A DNA stretch of 64,000 nucleotides, taken from the NCBI GenBank assembly GCA_002104905.1, contig MCFE01000403.1, positions 1 through 64,000 on the forward strand, read 5' to 3'. Positions 24,501 through 38,394 of this stretch are shown in pieces. Every line of letters begins with the position of its first letter. Within the stretch, counting starts at the first letter, position 1. The position numbers were made by a program, and so were the translations under genes. The stretch comes from Basidiobolus meristosporus CBS 931.73 (lineage: Eukaryota; Fungi; Basidiobolomycota). Below the pieces are notes generated by a model, which had not been told where the DNA came from, did no database searches, and saw only the letters and a list, made by a program, of their open reading frames with translations.

Positions 24501-24966
24501 TCAGAAATTAAGAAATATTAGAGCCTGTAGGAAGGCAAGGAATAGTATGCTTAATAGGAAGCACAAGCACTATACTGGGATATTGAGTCATTTAGAGTGA
24601 GAGTAAAGCATGCACCTGGATATCTAATGATATTCAGCATATTAGCAGATAAATACAGAGGAAGGTGATAATCAGAAGAAAAGAGCATAATAGGTAGAAA
24701 AGTCAAGATATTATTAATGCCTAATATACTGATGCAAGAAGACATCCACTGAGAGAAATGTGTCTGGAGTATTATGATGAGTAACTAAGCTAGAAATGCA
24801 CTACTCTGGGCAACATTAGTACAACTGAGTAAAATTACTGGTAACTGAATACTCCCACTTGGATCATGGTAAAAGCTTAAGTGCCAGATAGTGCCGTAGA
24901 GTTTCAGAATGATTGGGCACTATGAACAAGCTGGCAATATGTAACACTATCCAACAGAACAAGTCT
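21600..24966 (+). mobile_element. PHIS-superfamily transposon, copy 2, 3367 bp
   Basis: TIRs AGACTTGTTCCATTG / CAACAGAACAAGTCT; TSD AAT (21597-21599, 24967-24969). Gene 2 on the minus strand and DDE_Tnp_4 remnant at ~23960-24783 (FSGKYKAHCVRFQALSDLECYIFWLSVPFAGSR). Confidence 0.9.
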
Positions 24967-25319
24967 AATGCTTGGGCAGATGAGAATGTAGCAAGCCCAG
25001 TACCTTGGCTGAAGACCAGCAAGTGACCATTAATACAATAACACCAGTATGTTTGCAAGTGTGCCATCAGCTACTACCAAACTATCAATGAGGCAATCAG
25101 GAGTAGTCACCCAAAGGATAGATGCTTTTGCCCCGAGAAATCTGCAAGTAGTTCAGAAGCAGGATAAGTGGATAATGCATGTAGAGAATTTGATATCCCA
25201 GGCAGAGAGCATAATTTCTATTCTACAAAGAAGGAACTCAAGTAGCACAATGACACAGCCAAGTATTGAGTTACAGCCCAATGTAACAGCAGAGGTGCAC
25301 TGTGCATTCTCTGAAATGC
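24967..25319 (+). pseudogene. CACTA ORF2 continuation
   Basis: Matches ~9012-9365 (..QDKWIMHVENLISQAESIISILQRRNSSS..). Confidence 0.75.
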
Positions 25320-26198
25320 TGCTATGATCTACCACTTGAATGATCAAGTTAAATCAGTTTTTAGTCAAATCAATTAGTTTAAGTTTATCCTATCAATATA
25401 TCAGTGTGATCAATTAATCATTAGTATTAATTAGCAGATGAATCATCAGATCCTATCAGACAGAATTAGATGTATTAAGTAGGATCTAATTGGGTGATGA
25501 TGATGCAATTAAATGAGTCATCAGCCACAACCTACATTGAGAAATACAGTTAGTCAGCAATTATTCTTGCAAAATGTGTATAAGGAGCTGCTGGAACCTC
25601 ACCAAAGATCATTTTAAGTTTTAGTGAATTCAATACTAGCTAAACTCTCTAATTCCCTACAACTCTTATATCAAGACTTGTAACATTGGTGGCAGCAATA
25701 GGCAGAAACCTCCCCCACAGAAGAAAGAAGACACCACTCTCAAGATGTAACAAAATCAAGAATGGAACAATGCTATGCAGCATATCCTGGCCCAACAGCA
25801 AAGTTACCCTGGACCCTTAGCCAGCAGCAAAAAGATATGACCATCATGGCCCAGAGCCAGTAAACCCTGTCAAGAGCAACTTTGGTGCAAAGGTCAACCA
25901 GTACAATAGTAGAGTCAATGAAACCCTGGGAACTTGGCTCTTCCAAATTGAAGTAGCTTTTAAAACTAAGGGAATTGCTCCAGAAAGCAGGTTGCATCAT
26001 GCTGCTTCTTATGTAGCATATACAGCTTTACAGTGGTACCACAACAAGATAGGTCTGCCACCATGTTTGGATGCTCTACAATCTCTACCTGGGATGAGTT
26101 TGTGCAGGAAATTCAGGATGGTCTATTGACCCCCACACCAGTAAACACTACTAAGAAGGAAGTTGAAGACACTCAGACAGACAGGAATGGCTCAAGAG
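25320..26198 (+). mobile_element. gag: Gypsy A 5' LTR (25320-25685), PBS and gag fragment
   Basis: TGCTATGATC...CTTGTAACA then TGGTGGCAGCAATAG (possibly tRNA-Leu type). The gag sequence matches 55281-55740; cut by the copia-1 LTR. Confidence 0.85.
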
Positions 26199-29100
26199 TG
26201 TTGTAAAAACTTGTAATTCCACCTAAATATTCACCTAACTTAGTCACTTAGATCATTACCCTCAAATCCTAGAGAATACTAACCAAATTCCTTGTTGGGA
26301 TTTACTTAGAATATTTTCACCAAAACACCAGGTACCCAGAACATGAAAATTCTCAAAGTTGTCCCAACAGCCCCAGACTTTGCACACATGCTCTTGGGAC
26401 CTTCCTCAACCTATTCTACAGGTTTGTAATGCCAAGACCCTGTAAAAGTATAAATACTACTTTTACATTCAATAAATTGTTAAGTGAAAACCACATAATC
26501 TACTTGTCCTCCCAATCACTTCCAATATCTCCAAGACTCTTACAACAGGTTATGAGCCCCAAGCTGTCACTCTCTGCAGTGTCTACTACTGCTATTACTG
26601 GAATTTTTCCCTCTGCTGAAAAGTTGGATGGATCTAACTACCAATTGTGGAAGGTGAAGATGAAGATGCTGCTGCAAGAAATAGGCCTTTGGGATATTGT
26701 CATGGGAAAAGAATGCCCTCCTAAAAACGTGGGAGAGGATGCCTTAAAGTACCAGAAGAAGGAACAAAGTGCCTTTAACTGCATTTGCCTTAATGTAAAG
26801 GACAAATTGCTAATTCAATGCTCAAGAGCAAAAATGGCAAAGAATGCCTGGAAAGCATTAGAAGACACCTACCAGTCATGTTCAGCTGCCAAGAAAATGT
26901 ATCTGAGACAAAAATGCTTTGCTACAAGGATGCTACTAGGAGAAGAAATGAAAAATCTAATTAACAGAGATACCCTGCTGGTAGATGAGATGGAATCTGT
27001 TGGCGTACCAACTACTGATGAGGATGAGATAGTTACCATCCTGAATAGCCTGACAGACAAGTTTCAGGGCCTTGTATCAGCCTTAGAGTCCAGAACTGAA
27101 GATTTGACCTTAAATTATGTATATGGAAGGCTCCTGGATTAAGATTTAAGAAAATCAAGCGCTGTGGTGGTGTATAGGTCCAAGGGAGAGATACGTCCAA
27201 CACTTCTCAAGTGTTTTGTGTGTGGGGTGTTCACTGGGTGCAATAACCTCTGGCAAAAGCTTGCTAGGAATACTTGGGTTCTGTCTCTAATATAATGTGA
27301 AGGGGAATAAAGCCACAAGCTTGTCAAGGGAAAACTATTGAGCTACAATCCCCAACTTAGTTGGCGTCTTAACAAAAGTATGTGCTGGGTTCAGCGTCCT
27401 TTGAGATGACAATGTACTAAAGCTTCCAAAGTCAAAACAACTGTAAACTCCACCAGCAGGGACTTGATAAGAATGCAGCAGTGGTCAATAGTTACAAAGA
27501 CAGAAAAGTATCTTTGCCTGTACAAGAACAAACTTGGGAAAGAATCAAATATAATAAAAGATACCTACTCCGAGTATTCCTCACAAGTAGTGCCTCCAAG
27601 GTCAGTTGGCTGTCAGCGCGGTTTCCTGGGAGTGTCCTGTGGTCTGGGGTTGGAAGTTCAGGTAGCAGCAGGTAGCAGTGATCACACTAATCAACAAGTT
27701 GGTATATTGATAAAAGGGATGATGATTTATTGTTGAGGGATAGCCTCCCTTATATACTTTTCTTACCGGCTAAGTGATTACTAATCATGGTGTTCCAGAA
27801 GGTTCCGGATATCAATAGAAATCTTAATGACATCAGAATGACCTAAGAATGTTCTAAGTAGGTGCCGGAAGGTTCTAAGAGGCACAGCACATCCAACCAA
27901 TCAGGAATCAGTATTCTGAAACCTGTGCAACATGGGGATACCATATATGGTATGGAAATGGTAGGGATGGTGACACGGGTTGATCATGTGTCACGGGTAC
28001 TGGCACAGGTACTTGCCTAATATAGAAGCACTTGTAGCTAGTAATCTTACATAAAGTGAGGGGTAACTTATGCAATAAGGTAAGCAGGTGTGATAGTCAA
28101 CCGGCTTATGGGATAGTACTGATTGGGTAAGACAAATGGGATAAAACTAAAATAAGTGTAGTAGAGATATAGGGAAGTAGAAAATAAGGGAATGAGCACA
28201 TCTGTCAGTGGGTGTCACTGTCACCCCACTACAGCGCCAATAAGAAGGAAAAAGAAAATGCTTTAATAAGCAATGATAACCAGCAAAGGGGGTACCCCAG
28301 ACCCTACAAAGGCAACAGCAACCTATTTTGCAACTACTGCAAAAGGAAAGGACACACATCAGACCGGTGACTCAAAAAGAGAGATTATCAGCAAAAGACG
28401 CCTGAATATGGAAATGCTGCAACAACTGAAGATAGACTATTCATATCTGCACTAAATATGACCACAAATAAGAATTCTTAGATGTGGTATATTGACTCTG
28501 GAGCTTCTCAACACTTTACACACCAAAAGAACTTTTTTCCCAATATCAAGAAATTCCAATTAAGAAGGTTTTCATGGGTGACAATAGAACACTTGATGCA
28601 GTGGGAGAAGGAACTATTCAAGTAAACCTTAGAAGCAGTGAAGGAAGCCATACACTGACCTTTAAAGAAGTACTATATGTACCAGAAATAGCCAAGAACC
28701 TACTCTCTGTAATCAAGGCCACAGCAGAAGGACTCAGTTTCAGTCTTGACAATTCTGGATGCAGGATCACTGATCAAAATGGTGCCCATATTGCTTTGGG
28801 CATCAGAGATCAGAATCTATACAAGTTGACTTATATTCCATCATATTTTGAAGCAAATATAAGTAACTTAAATGAAGAAACACTAATTCTTTGGCACAGG
28901 AGATTTGGACAAATCAATTTTGATTATTTGCGTAAAATGATCAAGGATCAGCTAATTTCTGGAGTGAAAATTGATCCCCCAGCTAGTTTGGAGCACTGTG
29001 AATCCTGCATATATGGGAAACAAGCCAGACAACCATTCAAGAGCTCTGGGTTAATCAAAACTAAGAAATATTTGATCTAATTCACTCAGATCTGTGTGGA

Positions 29101-29690
29101 CCTATGCAAAATTTATCCTTAGGTGGGATGAAGTATTTAATCACTTTTATTGATGATTATACAAGATACACATGGGTCTACTTCATGGAGAGAAAGGAAG
29201 AAGCTCTGTCTAAGTTCAGGGAGTTTAAAGCCTTGGTGGAGAGAGAAACTGGTGAAAAAATCAAGAAAATACGCTCTGACAATGGTGGAGAATATACCTC
29301 AAAACTCTTCATCCACTTCTGCAAAATTCATGAGATAAAGCAAGAGACTACTGTACCATACTCCCCACAGCAAAATGGAGTAGCAGAACAAGCTAACAGA
29401 TCTATAATTGTTATGGCAAGATCTATGATCCATGATCAAAAATTATCCTATGATTTTTGGGCGGAATCAGTTGCCACTGCTGTATACCTTAAAAATAGGA
29501 GTTATAACAGAATACTTTGTGGTTCTACTCCATTTGAAGCATGGTATGGACACAAGCTGATCAAGTTCAGGGATGTGTTGCTTGATGAAAATTCAAAATT
29601 TTCACAAAAAATGACATCAGATGATGACAAATATTTGATCTCAAGTTCACCTATTGTCAGGATTGAATCCAAGCAAAACAATGAAGATTT
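26199..29690 (+). mobile_element. copia-1 element: 5' LTR (26199-26547), gag, protease, GAG-pre-integrase and integrase; RT missing
   Basis: UBN2-type gag 26552-27142; WYIDSGASQH; LWHRRFGQIN..CESCIYGKQ; FIDDYTRYTW..IRSDNGGEY..PYSPQQNGVAE. Protease-integrase order is copia. Confidence 0.92.
27163..28233 (-). repeat. Young solo LTR of gypsy B (1071 bp) inside copia-1 gag
   Basis: Perfect 4-bp TSD GCGC (27159-27162, 28234-28237). The empty site matches ~3550-3575. Confidence 0.95.
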
Positions 29691-29960
29691 TTTATATATA
29701 CATTTTGCCAGATCAATTGCTGACTAATTCTATTTCCTAATGTAGATTGTGGCTGATGACTTATTTGATTGCATCATCATCACCCAATAAGATCCTACTA
29801 AATATAACCATTTCTGTCTGATAAGGATCTGCTGATTCATTTACTGCCTAATGCTACTGATTTGATAGATAATACTGATATACTGATCAGCTAAACATAT
29901 CACCCATTGATTTGACTAAAAACTGAACTAACTTAAAAATTCAAGTGGCAGAGCATAACA
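29690..29960 (-). repeat. Partial gypsy A LTR, inverted
   Basis: Matches ~51285-51550; minus-strand start TGTTATGCTCTGCCACTTG. Confidence 0.85.
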
Positions 29961-31418
29961 CATGTTGCACAACTCAACTTAGTGCATTAATCTGTGTGGC
30001 CTAGCTTATTACCAAAGTACTTGGAGGACCAAGCCATTCCTCACATGGTGTATGAACAGATCAAGAAGATAATCTGAGATGAAGCCGGCAAATTTGTAGC
30101 AAAGGATGAAACACTTTACCAAATTGTTGATAGAAGCTCCCTTGCCTATTGCCCTTATATTGCTTGCCTGGATTTAGTACATAAGCTGGGAAATGGATAT
30201 GGATATCTTGGAATTGAAGAAATCTATAGCCTTGTGAAAGCAAGATATTGAGAAGCTGGTAAAAACATGCCAAAATTGCTAAATCAAGCAAGGTCAACCA
30301 CAGAGAATTGCTGTGCTCTTTCCCCTGGAGCCTGTAAGAGCATTTCAGATATGGGGAATTGACTTTACCAGAAGGCTGCCACCCACCAGGAGATGCAACT
30401 GTTGGATCCTGGTAGTATTTGACCACACCACTAAGTGGCTAGTGGCTAATGCTGTACCTGTAGCCAGTGAACAGGAGTTGCAAGTTTCATTTATCAAGAG
30501 ATCCTTATGAAGTTTAGAAGCCCTGCAAAAGTTTTATCTGATAGAGGAACAAACTTTATGGCAAAGACATTGGAAACATACCTAAAATGCAACCAATCAA
30601 ACACCTGAGAACCATAGCATATCACCTTAGTACTAATGGAGTCACTGAGCCATTTGATGGATTGTTTGTTAAAGGCTGACCAAGTATGTAAATGGAGCTG
30701 TGAGTAGATGAAGTGAGCTTATAGACCAAGCACTTTCTGCCTGCAGAGTTGGAGTGCAGAACACCACCCAACAATTGTCATTTTACTAGGTGTATGGATG
30801 TGAACAAAGGATTCCAGGAGATCTCACACAACTAAATTTAGAGATGCCTTAGGAGATGAACTCAGTCAACCAAACAGGCACCAGCAGCTGGAACAAGGAT
30901 GTCAAGAGGTACAGGCCAAGGTATTGCAAAGTGCAGACGAGATTAAGCAGACATTTGATAAGACTTTATCACCAGAAGCACTGACAGATGGGAACTTTCT
31001 ATTGCTCAGAAAGAACACTGGGAAGAAGTCTGGGCCACAAAGGATGGGACCTTTCAGGATCATCAGAAAGTATTCATTTGCAACTTACCAACTAGTGGAC
31101 AAACAAGGTAATATTTGGGAAAATTTAGTACACCCAGACAGACTCAAGCTGGCAAGACTTGCTGACAATATTGGACCATCAAGAAATTGGTATCACAAGA
31201 AAATAGATCCAGGAGAACCCTGCCTGCTTTACTAGTGGAGAATGATATGATCTATTGATTGAATGTTGAAGTTAAATTAGTTTTTAGCCAAATCAATTAG
31301 TTTATGTTTAGCCTACCAGTATATCAGTTTTTTCATCACTCAGTAGTATTAGTCTGTTGGTGAATAAGCTTCTCCTTATCAAGCAGAGCTATCTGACATG
31401 AAGTGTAGGATAATCTGA
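29961..31418 (+). pseudogene. pol: Gypsy A integrase remnant, PPT and truncated 3' LTR (31243-31418)
   Basis: PLEPVRAFQIWGIDFTRRLP..WILVVFDHTTKW; RMGPFRII. Paralogous to 51590-52870. Confidence 0.85.
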
Positions 31419-31999
31419 CTCAATGTGCCATTTGCTGGGAGTAGGAATGACAAAGCACTCTGGGTGGAGAATCATCCATATTTCTGTAGAGGGGAGAAAT
31501 TTATGACAGATTTAGCTTACATAGAAGAGAATTGTCAGAAATTAAGTTATATTGTAGCCTGAAGGAAGCCAAGGAATGGTATGCTCAATAGGAAGCACAA
31601 GCACTATACTGAGATATTGAGTCCTTTCAGAGTGAGAATAGAGCATGCACCTGGATATCTCATGATATTCAGCATATTAGCAGATAGGTACAGAGAGAGG
31701 TGATAAACAAAAGAAAAGAGCATAATAGGTAGAATAGTCAAGATATTATTAATGCCTAGTATACTAATGTAAGAAGGCATGCAATGAGAAATGTGTCTGG
31801 AGAAATATATTGAATAAATGAAGCAAGAAAAGTACTGTTCTGGGCAACATTAGTAAGACTGAGTAAATTACCAGTAACTGAATACTACCACTTGGATCAC
31901 AGTAAAAGCTCAAGTGCCAGATAGTGCCTTAGAGTTCCAGAATGATTTGGCACTATGAACAAGCTGGCAATATGTAACACTATCCAACAGAACAAGTCT
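31418..31999 (+). mobile_element. PHIS copy 3, right-end fragment
   Basis: 3' DDE remnant and right TIR ...CAACAGAACAAGTCT followed by AAT, with the same CACTA flank as copy 2. Confidence 0.85.
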
Positions 32000-34480
32000 A
32001 ATGCTCAGGCAGATGAAAATGCAGGCTCAGTACTTTGGCTGAAGACCAGCAAGTGGCCATCATAACAAAACCACCACCATATTTGCAAGTGTACCATCAG
32101 CTAATACCAAAGCATCAATGAGTCAATTTGGATCAGTCACTCATAGGATAGATGTTGTGCCTAGAGAAATCTGGAAGTAGTTCTGAAGCAGGATCAGTGG
32201 ATAATGCACATAGAGAATTTAATATCCAAGGTAGAGAGCATAATTTCTATTCTACAAAGAAGGAACTCAAGTAGCACAATGACAAAGCCAAGAATTGAGC
32301 TACAGCCCAATGTAAAAGCAGAGGTACAATGTGCATTCTCTGAAATGCTGTTATAATCTACAGCTTGAATGATCACGTTAAATTAGTACTTATTCAAATC
32401 AATTAGCTTATGTTTAGCCCATCATTATATCAGTGTTATCAATCTATCAGTAGTATTAGTTAGCAGATGAATCATTGGATCCTATCAGACAATATTAGAT
32501 ATATCAAGTAGGATCTAATTGGGTGATGATGATGCAATCAAACAAGTCATCAGCCACCACCTACATTGGGAAATACAATTAGTCAGCAATTAATCTTGCA
32601 AAAGTAATTAAGGAGCTGCTGGAACCCCACTAAAGATCAGTTCAATATTTAGTCAATTTAACAATAGCTAAACTCCCCAATTCCCTACAACTCTTATATC
32701 AATACTTGTAACAATACAACAACAGTGCTCAAGGATAACCTGCTGAAAACTTATCACAGCATGAGGGGGAGAGACTGTGGTGTTTTTACAATTCCTAGAA
32801 TTCAAATGACATTGAACTTCTGTGAAGCCATCAAGTCTACTGATGAAAAGTATGTGGATATTCAAGAGGCCATAAGAAGTCTTGCCTGCCATCACCTGAA
32901 GGCAGTCAAAGTGTGGGACCATTTGGAACTCAAGACTAAGCAGAATGTGCCAAACTTGTTTCAGGAGCATTTTTCTGAATTCAAACAAGTAAACAGATTT
33001 TAAAACAGCTTAGGTACGCTAAGAAAGTAACTCAAGAATAGTAGAAACTGTAATAGGTTGAAGAGCAAGTGTGTGATGACTGAAAAGCCTTCAGATTCCT
33101 CAAGAGCTTAGTACAAGCAGAGCCAAAAGCTCAAAACAAGCATCAAAGAAATGTCAGGTAGCTGTCAGAGTGCAAAAATGAGACAAGCAGACAGACATGA
33201 ACGCACCAGGACAACTTTTGTCAAGGAAAATGCATAGTTATACTCAAAAACCACTCACTCAAAACATTAGTGAAGGACCTGGCAGTAATGAATACCAGCA
33301 GATTCCCCAGGAGCTCATCACAACTAGGGATGAAAGCTTGTGACAAGTGGCAAAGAAATGTTAGGTGGCCAGGAGCATGGCAGTATGCCAAGTAGGCCAA
33401 ACAGATATGTCAGAGCAGCTTATGTCAAGGACTTAGTATATTTCAATACAAGAAGTACTTAGACAAAATAGCAATCAAAGACCTGGCAGTGATAAAGGAA
33501 AGAATACAGGGAAAGGGCTACCCAAGCCAGAGACAGGCAGGTGTTAGCAAAAAGCTGCAGTTCTAGCCAATTAGCACCGTAAACCCAGAACAGGCTGAAT
33601 CCTGTCCTGGCCAAGAAGAATTACTAACAATACAAAGCTGTCCTTTGAAGATTTGGAAGCACAGCTAGTTTAGTCACATTCCAGTTAGGTAGATGGGTTT
33701 GCAGAGAAAGTTAATTTGACTACCATGGCCTCCATTTAGTTCATTGTAGCCAAACAGGAGATCTCACTTACAGACAAAGCAATAACATCAAGAACTTGAA
33801 AGGCTGTGACAATGACTAGAGTGGAATTTTTCAACATTAATATAAACAACAAGACATTGCAGCACTTCTTCAAGTGCAGAGCCTAAGAAAACTCACTGGA
33901 ATATTGCAAGGATTTTTTGCAAAGACTGGACTATGAGGTGCTAGACCTTACAGTGCTGGCTGAAATTCAGGATATTAGAGAACCAGTAAATCAACAGTGG
34001 CATAAGGCTGCAGGTTCCTACCAGAGTCATCAAAAAAGAACATTAAAGCAGAAGTACTTATTGATTGGTAGATTTCAAGAGAGTAATTTTTAGAGGGTGA
34101 GATTGGGCATAATATAAGTACCAGGTGCAGGGACCTGCATAGGTAAACACAATTTGCATTTAAGTTGCAACTGAAGATTCAATGTAAATAAATCAATCCA
34201 GGTGCATGTAAAAATGTGAATTGGTTGAGTCAGGAAGTAAAGATTGCAAAAAGAGGCAATTATCAATCAATGTACACAAACATAGGATGTGATTGAGTGT
34301 CCCAGATTAGAAAGTGAGAGAGATGCCAGCAACCCAATCAACAGCAACTTACTTAATGTTGCAATGAAAAAATTTGGCCAAATTTTATGAAATCTGGAGT
34401 TCACTTATTTTCAATAGACTTTGCCCATTGTTCTGATTTGATGAATAACTCCTAGTCACAGGACTTTAATTTTGTGAAGA
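32000..34480 (+). pseudogene. CACTA ORF2, longest copy, with a solo LTR A at 32349-32713
   Basis: Homologous to 9012-9683 + 13086-13605 and to 1300-2603 (-). Confidence 0.7.
32349..32713 (+). repeat. Solo LTR of gypsy A
   Basis: TGTTATAATC...CTTGTAACA. Degenerate 4-bp TSD ATGC/ATAC. Confidence 0.9.
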
Positions 34481-34483
34481 CCT

Positions 34484-36620
34484 TTATGGGTAATCATCAC
34501 AATTACTTTTCATGAGGCATATGCTTGTTTTCCACCACTTTTGCTCTGAATGCCTTTTGAAAGCTACAATTCTACTAATTAGCATAAAAATACTATCAAG
34601 CAATGGATACAAGCAGCTATGTAGGTTAGACAGGGTTTTAGGCTCTGATTTCAATAAGCCAGCCACCAGTTTTCTGCTCTGATATTTCAAAATTGGCAGT
34701 GAACTCAAGTTAGTGGGCATCATGGGCCAGCTGCATACGTTATTGAGCAACTTGCTTGTTAGGAATCTTTATGCAATAAGGCAAAACCACAAACATGCAT
34801 ACCTTCATAGTTGCTTTTGTCTCTTAGTTACTTGTTATGTTTGCCATGTACTATATTGGAGAAGCTTGCAATTGAACTATACTGAGTATGATACTTTATA
34901 GCTTTGCACTACTATTGGGACGCATGAGCCTCTTGAGTCAGAATATTGCTGGATTATTTTCAGACTGTGGTCAATATTCTCATCCTGTGTTGGAATGTAT
35001 CTGGCAAACTGAACATGTTTGAGTGATAATATTTTATGATAAGTGTGGCTTGCAACCATAAGCACAAGCTGGTTTTAGGACAGTCTGTGAGTCATATCTC
35101 ACTAACATTTTTACATTCTCCAACTTTGTTGGCATCTTAACAAAAGTATATGCTGGGTTCAGCATCTTTTGTGATGACAATGTACTAAAGCTTCCAAAGT
35201 CAAAATAACTGTAAGCTCTACCAGCAGAGACTTGATACTAATGCAGCTGTTGTCAATAGTAACAAATTTGGAAAAGTATCTATCCCTGTACAAGAACACA
35301 CTTGGGAGGAATAAAATATAACAAAAGATATCAACTCTGATTATTCTTCACAAGTAGTGCCTCCAAGGTCAGTTGGCTGTCAGCACAGTTCCCTGAGAGT
35401 GTCACATGTTCTGAGATTGGAAGTTCAGGTAGCAGCTGGTAGCAATGATCACACTAATTGACAAGTTGCTAAATCAATAAAAGGGATGATAACTTATCAT
35501 CAAGGGATTACCTCCCTTATATACTTTTCTTGCAGGCTATATGATTATTAATCATGGTCTTATAGAAGGTTGCAGAGGTCAAATAGAAATCTTAATGGCA
35601 CCATAATGAGCTGAATATGTTACAAGTAGGTGCTGGAAGGTTCTAAGAGGCACAGCACACCCAACCAATCAGAAATCAGTATTCTGAGACCTGTGTAACA
35701 TAGGGATACCATGTATGTTATTAAAATGGTTGGTTGGTTGGGATGGTTGCACATTTTGGTCATGTGTCACATCTACGGGCGCAGGTACCTGCTTGATATA
35801 GAAGCACTTACATCAAGTAATCTCACATAGAGTGAGGGATTACTTATGCAATAAGGTATGCAGGTGTGATAGTCAGCCAGCTTATGGGATAGTACTGATC
35901 AAGTAAGACAAATTGGATCAAACTGAAATAAGAATAGTAGAAAAATAGGGAAGTAGAAAATGTGGGAATGAGCACATCTGCCAGCAGGTGTCACGGTGAC
36001 CCCACTACAGCGCCCACCTAATTCCTTATAATATGCTCTGCATTTACGGGTGATTGACTGATAATATATTGGTGTACCTTCTCCTTCAGAGATATCACTC
36101 TTCAGGTCTTGCTCTGAATGCTTCAGTGAGCCAGAAGGTATCAATGACCTGCCTTACTCAGCTTGCACTTAGTATCACATGGATCTAGGTGCCATAATAG
36201 TCACTTCATAAAGATGGTAAAATTCTACAGAACTATAATGGTTGATCAATGCCAATTTATGATTTCTCTAACACACTGCCTGTTGTGATCTTGCGACATT
36301 TCTGATGATGTCTTTGTGCTTAATTGGTTGTAGGCCAGTCTTCATAACCACAAGATTTGTTATCTCTTAACCTACAGCATTTGGCTAAAATGTCTTGTGC
36401 ATGTTATAAGCCCCATGTTATTTGGCAAAGTATTGCCATCATGTTGTCTTCTTGTCAGTATTAATGTGAGCTTATGTAAGTCTTGTCCATGCAACATTGC
36501 ATATACATATCTGTCAGTTTCCATGATGACCCACCATAGTTAGCACTATAAATAAGACTTTGAGACTACATACACACATATTTATAACACCAAATCCATT
36601 CTGTTTTGACCTACTTCCAG
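34484..36620 (-). pseudogene. Diverged CACTA transposase 5' fragments and intergenic region, with an LTR B remnant
   Basis: SWPMMPTNLSSLPILKYQSRKLVAGLLKSEPKTLSNLHSCLYPLLD. ~36440-36620 matches ~15860-16030. Confidence 0.65.
35110..36009 (-). repeat. Truncated LTR of gypsy B
   Basis: Matches ~27345-28233; ends ...CCCCACTACA and is followed by GCGC. Confidence 0.88.
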
Positions 36621-38394
36621 CTAAACTTCATATGCTAGATAGTGCCACATATTGACAGCCTGTTTACAGCACCATATCAATCTAGAACTCTAATTTCTAC
36701 CAGAATGCCAGTGATAGGACACAGTTACTAGTAATTTTACTCAATCTTACTTTTATTGCTCAGAACCATGCTTTTCTTGCTTTATTTACTCTTTGTAATG
36801 CTCCAGACACATTACCCTTAGTGAGAATTTTCTTGTCTGAATAGACTGTGCATTTTGAAGTATCTTGACTATTTTACCTATTCTACTGTTTTCTCCTATA
36901 TATGGCTTTCCTTTATATTTGTTGAGATAATTAGGAGTCCACCCAATTATTAATTTATTATGAGCTAGCACTTTGTTAAAGTGACCTATTTCAGAATGTA
37001 AATTTAGAAATTAGTTTGTGAGATATTTGCAAATTATTAGAAATTAGTGAAGTACAGAATTTTAGGGAAATTTGAAACTTGTCCACATGAGCTGAAACTT
37101 GGCACATGTACTCCAGGGGCCTCCTAAATAATGAACAATAGTTACATTCCCATAGTTCTGCCATAAGTATAAATACTTTGTTGCAGCACAATGAATCAAT
37201 AAGTGAAAATCATGTAAATCTTTTAATTCTCCATTTCACTCCCAATATATCTCTGATATTTTAACAATATCTACCTGCCTATATGCTCTATATATATGCT
37301 TAATTCTCACTCTGAAGTGGTTAAATATCTCATTGTAGAGCTTCTGCTTCCTGCTAAGCAGACCATTCCTTGGCTTCCTATGAGCTATAATACATTCAAA
37401 TCTCTGACAATCCTCTACTATATAAGCTAAGGCTGCTGTACTATTCCCCCCTCTACTGAATTCTGGATGATTCTCTACCCAGAGTACTTTGTCATGCCTA
37501 ACTCTAGCAAATGGCCCACTTAACCACAAGCTGTTACCCTCCATACCAGACAGTGCTTGAAACTTCACACAGTATGCCTTGTATTTGCCAGAATAACAGT
37601 GCCTCTGCACTCAAGAAGGTTTATTAATAATGACTGGGAAAGTACTCAAAATACTTTGTATATGGACCCTGCTGCTGAGCACTGTGGGATATTGAAGTAA
37701 ATTGGAACTTCTGAACCTAGTATTTCAAGCTTCCCCTAAGTCATTTTTACCCATTGCATGGTAGCTCTCCATTGCTGTGAGCTAGGAATGAAAGCATCTA
37801 AGACTTTTGCAGTCATTAAAAGTGGGATGAAACCTTGTAGGATAATAATTCTTGTAATAGCATTGAATCTTAAAAAGAGATCTCCTTGAGTGAACTGGGG
37901 TTGAAGATTCACAGTGCTTGTTATATATCTCCTCCAATGCATCAAAAGAAGTCCAGTGGTAGTGAAGGGATTGATGAGAAAAGACCATTCAGATGAGCAA
38001 GCCAAATCAGGATTGGTAGGTGATTGCATAGATGTGATTGAGCGGATATGGCACAATCAGTTAAATTTAATTTACTTTTCTTGCATTGTGTAAGATCTCC
38101 ATCAATTGCCATGCATATCATTGTTATGTTGCAAATTTAATCCTCAAATAATGACTTTGTGATTCTACTAATAATATGCTTACAAGTCTGTTATCATATA
38201 GGAAATCTGCAATCAAAGTGATCTGACCCCTATTGATATCATCCAAGATGCATCATGCATGGAATGTGGAAAGTTCAGCAATCACATTGGTTTTAGTATG
38301 TGTCTCAAATAAGATCAGGTTGATGCCAATATTACTGCATAAGTATCCTAGTCTGCCATTAAGGTTCATATACTGAGTCTCAACCCACTTGTAG

